This document shows, one piece after another, positions 49,694 through 61,079 of a DNA stretch of 64,000 nt. The position numbers and the translations under genes are program-made. Source of the DNA: Hamiltosporidium tvaerminnensis FI-OER-3-3 (Eukaryota; Fungi; Microsporidia). How positions within the stretch are numbered: position 1 is the first letter of the stretch; every line of letters begins with the position of its first letter. Below the pieces are notes generated by a model. It did not search any database. It was not told the DNA's origin and saw only the letters and a program-made list of their open reading frames with translations. The stretch lies in contig JAKIMF020000013.1 in NCBI GenBank assembly GCA_022605425.2, positions 744,001 to 808,000 on the forward strand, read 5' to 3'.

Positions 49694-51413
49694 CATTGAG
49701 TGCTATGAGAGGCAAGGCAAAGGAATTTTTAGAGGTGATTGGCTTAGAGATTAACAAAGAGAAGTCACCCACAAATGATACGTTTTGTGAAGATACTGCT
49801 ACTCTTCTAGAAGGTGTTAGTGTTTACAAATATTTAGGAATAATAGAAGATAGCAGAGGAATCCCAACACGTAGCTCATTTGAAGAAGTACAGAGAAAAC
49901 TTATATCAAGAGTTGAAAGACTTTGTCACACTAGATTAGGTGAAAAAAATTTATTTTCTGCAATCAATCAACATGCGATATCGTTAATCAACTATCACAT
50001 AGGAATAGTTCGACTTGAACCGGCTGGCTTCTCTAAGTTAGATGATGCAGGTAATGCGGTGTTGGTGAAGAATAAGATACATCGTCTTGTAAAGAGCGTT
50101 TGTATCTTACTAGAACAGAACTTGGAAGAGGCCTACATAGTGTTGAGTTGCGAAGCGAACATAGGCTTCTGCAACTCTTGGATTGTCTGGAAAAAAGTAA
50201 AGAAATATCAACTAGACGAGCAGCAATCTCAAAAGTGGAGAATAATAATAAAACCCATCTTGCACTAATAAAAGGCTTCTTAAAAGTAAAGTATAGGTTA
50301 GTAGAAGAAGTCCCTAAGAAAAGTTTAGAAGAAGCTCAACTTGACAAACTATATAACGAAATAGAAAAATGAAGTCTTTATTCAAAGTTATATAATGCAA
50401 GAAAAAATGAGCTTGTAAGTGTTAGTGACTCTTCAAGATGGCTAAAGAAAGGGAATATTAGGCCACGAAATGAAGCTGTGTTCTGCTATATCCAGGATAG
50501 AAATGTATTCTGGGGAGCAGATGGTGTGTGTCAACATTGCGGGAAGTCTGGTAAGACTGTAACTATAGATCATCTAGCAACTAGATGTGAAAAAATGCTA
50601 GGCCATGATTACACTAACGGCATAATGAAGTGGTTAGATGCCTACACTTACTTCTCTGAAATAGATATAAGTTTAAGTCTTCAAAACGAATTAGGAGTCA
50701 CTCAGTTCAAGAAATTCTTGATAATGAGTATGCAGAGATAAGAGGAGACACCAGAATAAAAACTGATGTTAAAATTCGGAAAAACAGACCCGACATATTT
50801 ATTTTAGATAAGAAGAAGAATAAGATAACACTCATTGAAGTAGGAATCACTTCCCAAGATTCACTTCAAATAGTTGAAACTGAAAAACTTAGGAAGTATG
50901 ACCTGCTAGCTAATGAGTTGGGTCTTATTTATAAGTGTAGTGTTGAGATAATCCCTTATGTGATGACCTGGGACGGTATTGTGACAATATACCATAAATC
51001 TCATCTTGCAAGACTAGAAATACCCATGAATGTAGAGGCATACATTCAGTCTATAGTACTTAAGAAAACAGTCGAAACAATTTCCTTTGATCGACGAAGA
51101 GGACTTGAGTCAGGACTAAATGCCGAAGAGAGCTGGGAGAGAGCGTCAATGGGTGTTATTATGAGATCTGAGATGCATGAGGAACCAATACCCCCTTTAA
51201 AAGAAGCGAAAACAGAGGAAAATGGTGCAAAAAATTTTAAAACAAAATATAAAGCACGCTTTATTTTACAAGGAGGAACCACTTCAGAGGAACCGACCAA
51301 TAACATAAATGAAGAGTTGGATTTGGAAGAAGAGACAATAGTGGTTAAAGAGGTAGAAGAAAATACATCAAAATGTTAAAAATATTTTAACACAAGAATT
51401 TGTTATTAAATAA
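49694..51413 (+). mobile_element. 5'-truncated, frameshifted copy of the RLE retrotransposon
   Basis: Begins just after the FIDD motif (matches from ~32474); split into ORFs 49690-50268, 50100-50372, 50478-50741 and 50918-51379; same TTATTAAATAA 3' end. Confidence 0.94.
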
Positions 51414-54400
51414 ATTTATGCTGATGTATTCTAGAGTATAAAATAGCACCAGATTGTATTTTTTTGCGAATATTTTTATTATTATTAAACAAACATTATA
51501 CTACTAAAATTTATTTGAATACATTTGTATAATAAAAATAAAATATAATGATCGGCGTAATAAAACAAGCCAAAGAATCGAAATATATTAGAAAAAATAT
51601 ATTACTATAGATGTATGCAACCCATGATCAAAAGTAATATGAACTTTGCTTTCTAAGTTTATAGATTAAATATCAAGAAGTTTCATATTTAATCATAATA
51701 GAACAAGCATAAATAAATATGTGTGCATTGCTCAAACGAAATTAAATCTAAGTTTTGTATAGAAACAACCATTTATATTTTTCTTAGAAGTAAAATAATA
51801 TAAATTATACAAATATGTAATGCATTAATAGATGAAAAATAGTTTGTTATTCATCATGATACAGCAAAAACCTTTGTTTTGAAAAAAAATACAAAAAGAA
51901 ATATTTTTTTGATTCGTATTGATGAAGAGAGATAGGAGTGCAATTTAAACACTGAACTTTATTAATGAGTAAAATTATGCACGTAATTGTTTATATACAA
52001 ATATATGCATCTATAGACGCGCTTAATATCTATAATCAATAAAAAAGAAACCATCCCATATATAAAAAAACATTAATAAATACGAATCATCTGAATAAAA
52101 TAGTTTTCAATACGGCTCGAAAGCATTGTTCACTATATTTGGAAAAAACAAGGAATATAGACAATCGCAGTAAGAAGTTTGTAACTTCAAAGTACTCTTA
52201 CTAATATCCATCATAGAAGAGTTAAAATCACTAAAATAATCAAATTGTTATACGAATAAATCTACCTCATTCTTCGAAAAAATTCATATAAAAGAATAAT
52301 ATTTATTGTAACAGCAAATACAAATCTACAAATGATATTTGAAACTAAGATAAAATAAGAATACGATATATCTTAGCTGTATAAAATCCACAAAAAATAC
52401 CTTTTGAACACCAGTAATGTCAAATCATACAACTATTCGAATCTCTAGTGCGCCAATCCTAAGGACAATTCTATTTATAAGATTTAGATAAGAAAAAGAT
52501 TGTTCGATTTTATTAATCAATTTTTTTGTCTATAAGTATCATGAACTACACAAATTGATAATATTTTTATTTCTGTTTAGCATATTAGAAATATTTCGAA
52601 ATAATAGATTACGATATCGTACTTAATTTTCGATGTTTAAATCTTTAAAATCCAGGTCTTCTAGACAATATTCTTACGCATTTCTTAATTTTAGCTTGAA
52701 CCTAAACAAATTCACACTTTTTTAATTTTGTTTCGTCTTCGAGGCAATCTATTTTCCGAAGAAGGTTCAGTAACGCATGCTTAGCATACTCTCTTCCAAG
52801 ACCTAATGCCTGCATAGACTGATATGACAGAGCTCAACGCAGCTGCGTTTAAATGTTAATGATTTCTTTGCATTATTTTACAAATGAGCATTATATTTTT
52901 GAGAAAAGTACTACTATTATTTATAACAATTCCTTTTGAATAAAATCAAAATAAGCCTTATTTTTACTTAAGTTTTTTTTATAATAATAGGAATATTTAA
53001 TTTGTTCACTGAGTGCCTCTATTGATATCATATAATTATATTCTACCAACAATCAGGCGAAATTATATATTTCTATTCAATAACATACTCAAACAAAGTA
53101 TTTCATAAATCGAGTATATAAAACAATTTTTATTCATATTATATCGTCGAAAAGTATAAAAATTGAAAACTAATTTTAATTTATTGCACATATACACAAG
53201 AAATGAATTTAAAAAGATTTTAATATAAAAAATATAGAAAAAATTATTGTTTTGATATAAATATACATAGTAAACACAATATTGTAATAATTTCTCAAAA
53301 ATAGTGTCATTTTCTTCTTTATAAAGTTTAATTGCAAGAAAAAAAATAAAAAAATGCAAAGTATTTTTGGAGTTATATACGATAATAAAGCTAGTTTTCT
53401 TTGCTTGTGAATAAAAGAAATGAATTTGTATAAAAAAATTACTTTGAAAGCTTCTATAATGTACTTCCGAAATTGCATATGTCGAATACAGTTTTAAAAT
53501 TTTTTTCCTAAAAATCTAAAAATACAATAATTCCTAAATCCTCTGTTATTTCGACTTAGATTTTAGCCTCTACTTCAAAATTTCCTTTTTGTTTCAAAGT
53601 AACTTAAACGTTTTTTTATTCATATTATAAGTGCAGTTAATTTTTAATGTAAATAAAAAGTTAATTGAGTATCATATAGTTCAGTATCAAGAACGAAAAT
53701 TTTAAACTGGAAATTAGATTATTATAACGTCATTTGACATAAGATATCTAATGTGATAAAACAATGTAAGTGCAAATAGTCTTTTTACTAAAGAATTTGA
53801 AGTTATTTTTCTCACGCGATTTTTTCTTTAGAAAATTTTCTACGATCAAATTTTCACTTGCAAGTCCCTGACAATAAAAAAATCTACGCTGGAAAAGTTC
53901 TGTTTTAAAAATCGTAATCGGATGAAAAATGATCGATTTAATTTTATTCTACTAAAAATGAAATTCAAGATGTTAGAAGTACCTTGATTTATAAAGAATT
54001 AATAAACTTGCAATTTAGAAGTTTAAGCTTTGATAATTTTGTATGATAAAATAGATGTGGATTTTCATTCATAACTATAAAAATTTATAAATTATCTAAG
54101 AATACGTTTTCTACAATTTTGAATCTGAGCATACCTCTAGAATGTTCAGAGTGTACAGAATATAAACTTTTTTAGGCAAAATCATTGAGTTCTTTAAAAT
54201 AATATCATCAATGATTAAGTTAGTTTAGTGTAGAATTTATCGGTTTTTTAGTATACTGAAAACTATACTGCTTAATAATGTATATTTCTTACTTCACGAA
54301 AGAAATATTACTTGCCTTATAAAAGCAAAGCATAGATAATTCTTAACTAATACAAAAAAACTTTTTGTCAGTCGAGATAGCTATGGTTTTTGAATTCTCG

Positions 54401-57400
54401 CATTCTTTTTCAGCCTTCAAATTTTGATAAAATATATACCACTAGCACATAATTAAGAAAACTTTCAATAAAACAAAGACACCTCTGATTGCGCCATAAT
54501 TTGAATGCACCTCATGATCATTTCAGTGTCAAGGTAGTTTATTTTAGATTTTGGCTTGTACTGCTTTTTTCATCCTCTATATTTATAATATGCTCTATAT
54601 ATTAATAAAAACCTAATCATTTAAACATATCTTAGAATATTTATCAGGAACTAAGCTGGCATTAATAAAATACAGGTATATCAATACATATTAATATATT
54701 ATGAAGTTTATCGAGTAAATATGAAAAAACAAATCTAAGTACAAATGTAAAAACAATAAATTTTCGTGTCGTTTTAAATAAGCATAAAAAGTGGTATGAG
54801 ATCGAAAATTTATATAAAATTTAGGTTTCATACATGTATTTGAGTTAAATATCTAAGTTTACTTTTTAAAGTTTAAAAACTATATTGCTATGAAAAAAAG
54901 AGATATTTAGTAATACACAAAAAATGTTCCTACGTTGCTTAAATCACATGAAAACCGTCTATAATCAAATTAGTCTTACTAATACCCTATGATTATTATT
55001 AGAAGACAAATTTATTAGAAAAGACACAGAGTTATGAATTTTACACAAACATGGAGCTTACCATGTAAAAATTTTTATTCGACAAAAAGAAAAATCTAAA
55101 ATCTAAAGTGAAGAAGAAAAAAATATATATAATTGCAATCTATTCTCGACTTGACAAATAATAGTTTATAACGTTTTTTTCTTTAAAAATCAGATGCAAA
55201 AAGAATATATTTTCATTTTACAACTACGATGAGAATCAGGCTTCAAAATTATCACCAGCTAATCATAATATTTATTCTAGCCGATGCCATAAAAACAGGA
55301 ACGCTCATATAAAAATTCACAATAAAATAATCATAAATATTCTTGTGAAAAATATCCTACCAATTGTTTCAAGACTATAATATAACAATATAAAAGTATG
55401 TTTAATATTTCAGGTTCAAAATTACAGTTTCTGCATCAAGTATGTCTTAAAAGCTTATTGCCTTTTTATATTTAGAAAGAAGGTAGTCTAAATATTCTGA
55501 AACTAAAAAAATGAAATATGTAAAAGATTTTGCTTAAATATGATCTTATAACCATATTCCTACTAGTTATAAAAATAATTTTTGGAAGTTTTTTCATGTA
55601 TCAGCCTAAACAGTAATTTTTTATAGCTGCAAAAAACGGCTATATAGGTTCTTGCATTTTTCAACATGGGATTTGGCTACTTCGCTAAATCATATCTATT
55701 TAATCTAACAATAAACATAAATATAAGTATATTTACGGTACACCAGTAAAAATTATATGAATCTTTATAATATAAGATATTTTAACCAAAAGAGATGCAT
55801 TTATATTTTATTCTCATATATCTATCATTTAGGCAAGTATATTTGGGTTTTGACGTAATCGATTAATATACAAAATCTATTTTGCTAAAAAGCCGAACCA
55901 AGAAATTGTACATAATACATACCTTTTAAATTTCTTAAATAATATATTAATGCCATTGTCATTTATTAAGTCTATAAATTATAGGCTAATTATAATTTTT
56001 GCAATTTAAGAAAAAAGATTAGCAATATAATTTTCGTGTTGTTTTAAAAATATAGAAAAAGTTTACTCAATATAAATATAGAAAATTTTATCTTTTAATG
56101 AAGTGTGATTTTATTAAATTTTGCAACTAAAAAGAAATTAGATGAAATTGACTGGTAAGTAAAAGATACCAACGAAAATAAATTCTTTAAATCTGAATAA
56201 ATTACTAAATTACTTACATAGCTAAGAAATGTCATAAAATATCACAAAAGACCATAATTTGCTATTATTTCGATTTCAATAAAAAAAAGTCCTTCTTCAA
56301 ATTGAATGCAAAGCCAAATAATTCTAAATACGTCTTTTTACAAAAAAATTTTAAATACTAAAATAAAACAAACGGAATATCTGTTGCTTTAAAGCGAGTT
56401 CTGAAGTTTTAAAAACTGTAGACTCAAATTTTTTTCAGAACATAGAAGCAAAATATAATTGTAAAAATTGTATTTTAATCCTGCAACTGAATAAACCTTA
56501 AAGGTTAATATGTCTTTACAAAAATCTAGAAGTTTTTTTTCCAAACTTACCGCAATCTTAGCTACAATTTATGCAGCATGATATTTTTAAGATATTAATA
56601 TTTCCTAAAAAATATCATACTTTATTTTATTATTATAAATAAATGATACATGTATATTTGGCAATCAATCTAATATATCTAGTATTAATTTGTAAATTAC
56701 AACACTTTCTAAAAAGTTATGGATTAGTGTAATACAATCAATCGAATATGTCAAATTTCTTTTTTAAAAATTTTAAAGTATATTTTATGAAGAATCGATA
56801 AAAATATAAATGCAATTATTCTAGATTGTGATTTATTTAATCCTGGCAACAATATTTATTTTACCATCGTAATACGATAGATCGAAACCTTTGTTTTAAA
56901 TCAATAAGACTAAAAACAAAAATTAAATCTAATGGCAAAACCAACGCGTACTTTTAAGTATAAGAATAAGCTAAATAATATGATGTTATAGAAGATTTTA
57001 GTATTTTCGATCTTATTTAATAGTTATTATGTATTTTTGAGATATTGTTGACCATAAATCTTTTTGGTAATCAAAAGCATATGTAAAAAATGTAACATTT
57101 GATTTTTTTTTCTAATATGATTTGCACTTCGTCAATAATCTTAAGCCGAGAATATCTGAATTTACATTGACAGACTTGGCGTGTACTATATTGATATACG
57201 CTTAATCCTTAGAATGACGAAGGTTATTTTGATTTAGAAACCAACCAACAAAAATTTCAAGAACAGTTTTGACTCAGCGGATTTCATAATTATCTAGGAT
57301 TTTATTTTTTCTGTATAGAAAAGAGGAAACGGATACCATGTTGGACAATTCATAAAGTAGACGTTCACTCTTTTTATTGTCATTAAATAAAGGGTTATAT

Positions 57401-58118
57401 ACTAGCAGAGAAATTTAAAAATTTTTTATTTAGCATCATAGCATTCATACTTCAAATTTTCATACAATGTTTACATTTCGACAAATTATTTTCATTTTTG
57501 TAATATTAGAAATATTTTCTCTACACTTGAGTTTATTTAATGATATATTATATGGTTCAAAGACAAAGATTTATTTTGATAATGAATACCGATGATAGGT
57601 TTTTTTATCGCATATTTATATTAGATAAATCCGTGCGCTTACGAACAAAAATGATTATCAATGAATTTCCGTAAAGCTCATACCTGCGTTGTAAAAAAAT
57701 CTTTTGTAAATTCCTTTATATTATATCCAGCTGGTTTCAAATATCCTAGTTTATCTTTTTAACAAATATCATTTTGTTGAAACGCTGAAAATATATATAT
57801 GATGATTTTGCAATATACTAAAGGTATACGTTAGTGCTACTTATATTTTACCGAAGATATGCATTTATTTTAGAATATACAACAAATACATTAATGACGC
57901 CTCTATCATTGAAGGTTCTCTAAAAATACTTCATAAAGATAGTGTTTTTAAGGTTTAACCTTAAAAAAATTATAATGTTTTGACAAGTATCTAATTTGCT
58001 TGTAATCTTGAGATATGTTTCGGTAATCTATATATAAAGAAAAGCAAAAACATTTAAGTCATAAATAAACATAGTAATTCATTATGTTGAAAAAATATTT
58101 AGTTATGATACATCATAT

Positions 58119-58278
58119 GCATTTATCATCTGCACTCAGCCTTGCTCGAGCTTTGGACTTCCTCAGTAATACTACACGGGTTTTTTGTCATATAGGTTTG
58201 TTTACTCTTTCGGCTTTCGTAACATGGTAATTTTAATAGATGGGTTGTTAGCCCTGCACCAAATCTCAATATGGAAAA
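58119..58278 (-). mobile_element. Family A element, 5'-truncated copy A4
   Basis: Matches the 3' two-thirds of A2 (GGGCTAACAACCC...TGTTACGAAAGCCGAAAGAGTAAAC...AAAGCTCG); flanks ATGATACATCATAT (58105-58118) and ATGATACTTCTTAT (58279-58292), 12/14. Confidence 0.78.
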
Positions 58279-59299
58279 ATGATACTTCTTATATATCACA
58301 AAATATATTATAAAAAAATTCATGATGAAATATTACGAGATAAAAGAATTCTAACAGATTTGCTAAGATATTATGTGATGAATTTTTTTAAACAGCTATA
58401 GAAAGCTTACACGTGCATTCGCTTCCTACAAAATGATATACTATGCCCCGTGTGGCCATATCATGTCATTTTAACAGTAAAAGAAGTTAAAAAGCATTTT
58501 TCATCCTTGTAAAAAACAACAGAATTAAAAAAGCAAGATTTTAAGCGCATATTTAGCTTAGAGTGGTATGCTTTGAACACTCACATATTTAAAAATATTC
58601 TACAGAACTCAATAAAATGTTTTGAAATTTTACAAAACCTAAAAAAACCCGAATAAAATGTGCATAAATACATATAAAAAATGGGCAAAATAAAGTTAAA
58701 AAGGCATTAATAATTTTTAAATGTGTTTTTGTAATTTCTTAATTTGTCATAAGAAGCAAAAAGTATCAAGTAAAATATAGCACTACTTAATACTAGTATA
58801 TGAGGTGCATTTCAGAACTTTGTTATATTCACATTATAAAAATTTAATTATTATCATATTCTCTAAAAATACACTAAAATCAGCATCATTCCTGTATAGG
58901 CAATTTTTGCTTTAATATCACAAGTCATTTAATCTATCAGCATATGACTTTCTATACAAAAACAAATCTTTAAATTCGCATAAAAAAATTACATTGAATG
59001 ATGCCAAACAGTATCTACTAAATCAAGCTTGGCTATATTGTATTATATATCAAATAACGTATGACAAGCAAGATTCTCGTGATGCAATAAAGTCCAAGGC
59101 GATTATAGACTTCAAATTCCTTTCAAATATTTCAAGCATAGTGCTAATAATTTACAAAAGATTTGCGAAGTATGTAAAAATCAGCAAAATTCGGTAGGAA
59201 AAATTGAATTGGGGAGTCTTTACAACTAAAAATATAACGGAAAGTTCGATTTGCTCAAAGATAAGTATTATAACCATCTTATATCATAAAAATAGATCA

Positions 59300-61075
59300 G
59301 AAATTTTTTATTTATTATAAATGGTAAATGAAACGTTCATCTACTAGATTTGGAAGCGGTTTAGTTAAAAAAATATAGACATGCAAAATTGAACATGCTT
59401 ATCACAAACGGATTCAATAAAAGAAAAATCTATTCATCTGTTATTTTTGAAATCTAAAAAAATTTAAATATATAATATCTTTAATATAATTTATTTTTTT
59501 ACATACTAAATACAATGCAAAGAAAGTAAAAAATTTCGCTTATAAGATATTTATAAACTAATTTTTTCTTGGTGAATTGAAAGTTAAGACGTTTTCTAAA
59601 AAACTTTCGATTTTGACTTCAAAATTATCGTTTAAAGTATCGATATAATAGTATTCTTAGAATAAAAGTGTAGTAGTTTTTGAATATTATGCGAAATCAA
59701 AAATCAACAAGCGAAATAATTTAAGATACATTAAGAAACTCAATATATTTATACAATATACAATTTATTTTGCTCCAAATCTTAAAAAATCAGCTTTTTT
59801 TTCCTTTAATTAAATTTAAGTTGTTTTTCTCTATATTGATTTATAGATAAGTTTCTGCACTGGGTAATATTTTGTTGAAAGGCATAGAGATACATTATAG
59901 CTACAATTGAAAAAGCACAAGAGAAACTCAATAATTAATACAATTTGTTTATAATACAATATAAAGCTTTTGATTGATATATCAATGTATTTAATAGCAG
60001 TAATTTAAATGTTAGTATATTTATTATTCGGAATTAATGTATTATATAAATTTGATATTATACAATAGAAATAACAAAAAAATATTTACGTGATCTTGTT
60101 GACTAAACGTTTAGAAATAGATGTGTAAAATTAAATTACGAAAGTTGAACTGTGTTCACTTTAATATAGATGAAAAGAATTCCAAAAATATTTAGTAGAT
60201 TTTAACAACGAATAAAAACTACTTCTGTTTGATGCCTTTCAAAGCCAAATTATAGCGAAAAACAGCTTAATATTTTTTTTGTGACACCTATACCATATAG
60301 AAAGTTAAATTTATAAAGTATAATCATTACAATATGCTGATTTACATCTGTTGAACGATTCCTAAAGTTTATAATGTAGGAAAAACTTTTAATTTTAGAA
60401 AAGCTACAATCCTAGATACAAAATTCTAAACCCGGTCGATACTGGAAATAAATCATGAGTAGTAAACAAATTGCAATATTTAGCCGGTTCTTATTTTTTA
60501 AGATAATTGTAAGAATAATTCCTTAACGCATTTTTAGCAAAAAGTTTCCGTTATAATGTTAATCGAATCTTAGTATTTGTTCTAAAAGTTGTTTTTTAGA
60601 ATCTCTAATTGAACTATCAATAAAATAGAAATTTACATATATTCAGTAAAAAAAAGTTTAATTTTTTCTACGATAATAGAATTTATTATTAAACAAAAAT
60701 TGACTCGTTTTTGCTTAAAAATCATAAAAGCGCAACAATACTTAATATATACTTGATAAAATGAAAAGTTTCATTAAAAAATTTTTATATGAGCAATTTA
60801 AAACCTTAAAAAAAACAAAATAAACATTATATTTAGCTTGCAAAAAAACCCCAGAAAGAATTGACCAGCAATTTTTATAATATTTGAAATCCTATAAGTT
60901 ATTTGCTATATTTTGATCTGGATTTGAGATAATGAAGATATTATGAAACCATCATTCTTACTAAATATTATAGGAAAACTAGAAAATACTGCACACAAAT
61001 TTATAATAGATCCTTGATTATTTTGAGATTTTACGGAAATCACAATGTCAATTCATAGGACTTTACATGTTCTAA
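59300..61075 (+). pseudogene. Possible decayed leucine-rich-repeat-like gene interrupted by the retrotransposon
   Basis: Scattered LxxLxxLxI-like fragments (LEKLQS*I ~60395; LESLIELSIK ~60596) among many stops. Confidence 0.25.
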
Positions 61076-61079
61076 ATAT

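Noticed and set aside
54755-56065. Short similar segments AATTTTCGTGT(C/T)GTTTTAAA at ~54759 and ~56029
   Set aside because: Similarity does not extend convincingly beyond ~40 AT-rich bases; it cannot be called an LTR or an element end.
57945-57967. Perfect inverted repeat TTTTTAAGGTT-T-AACCTTAAAAA (similarly AATTACACC-TTT-GGTGTAATT at 13549-13569)
   Set aside because: Isolated short palindromes are plausible by chance in 64 kb of very AT-rich DNA and have no associated feature.
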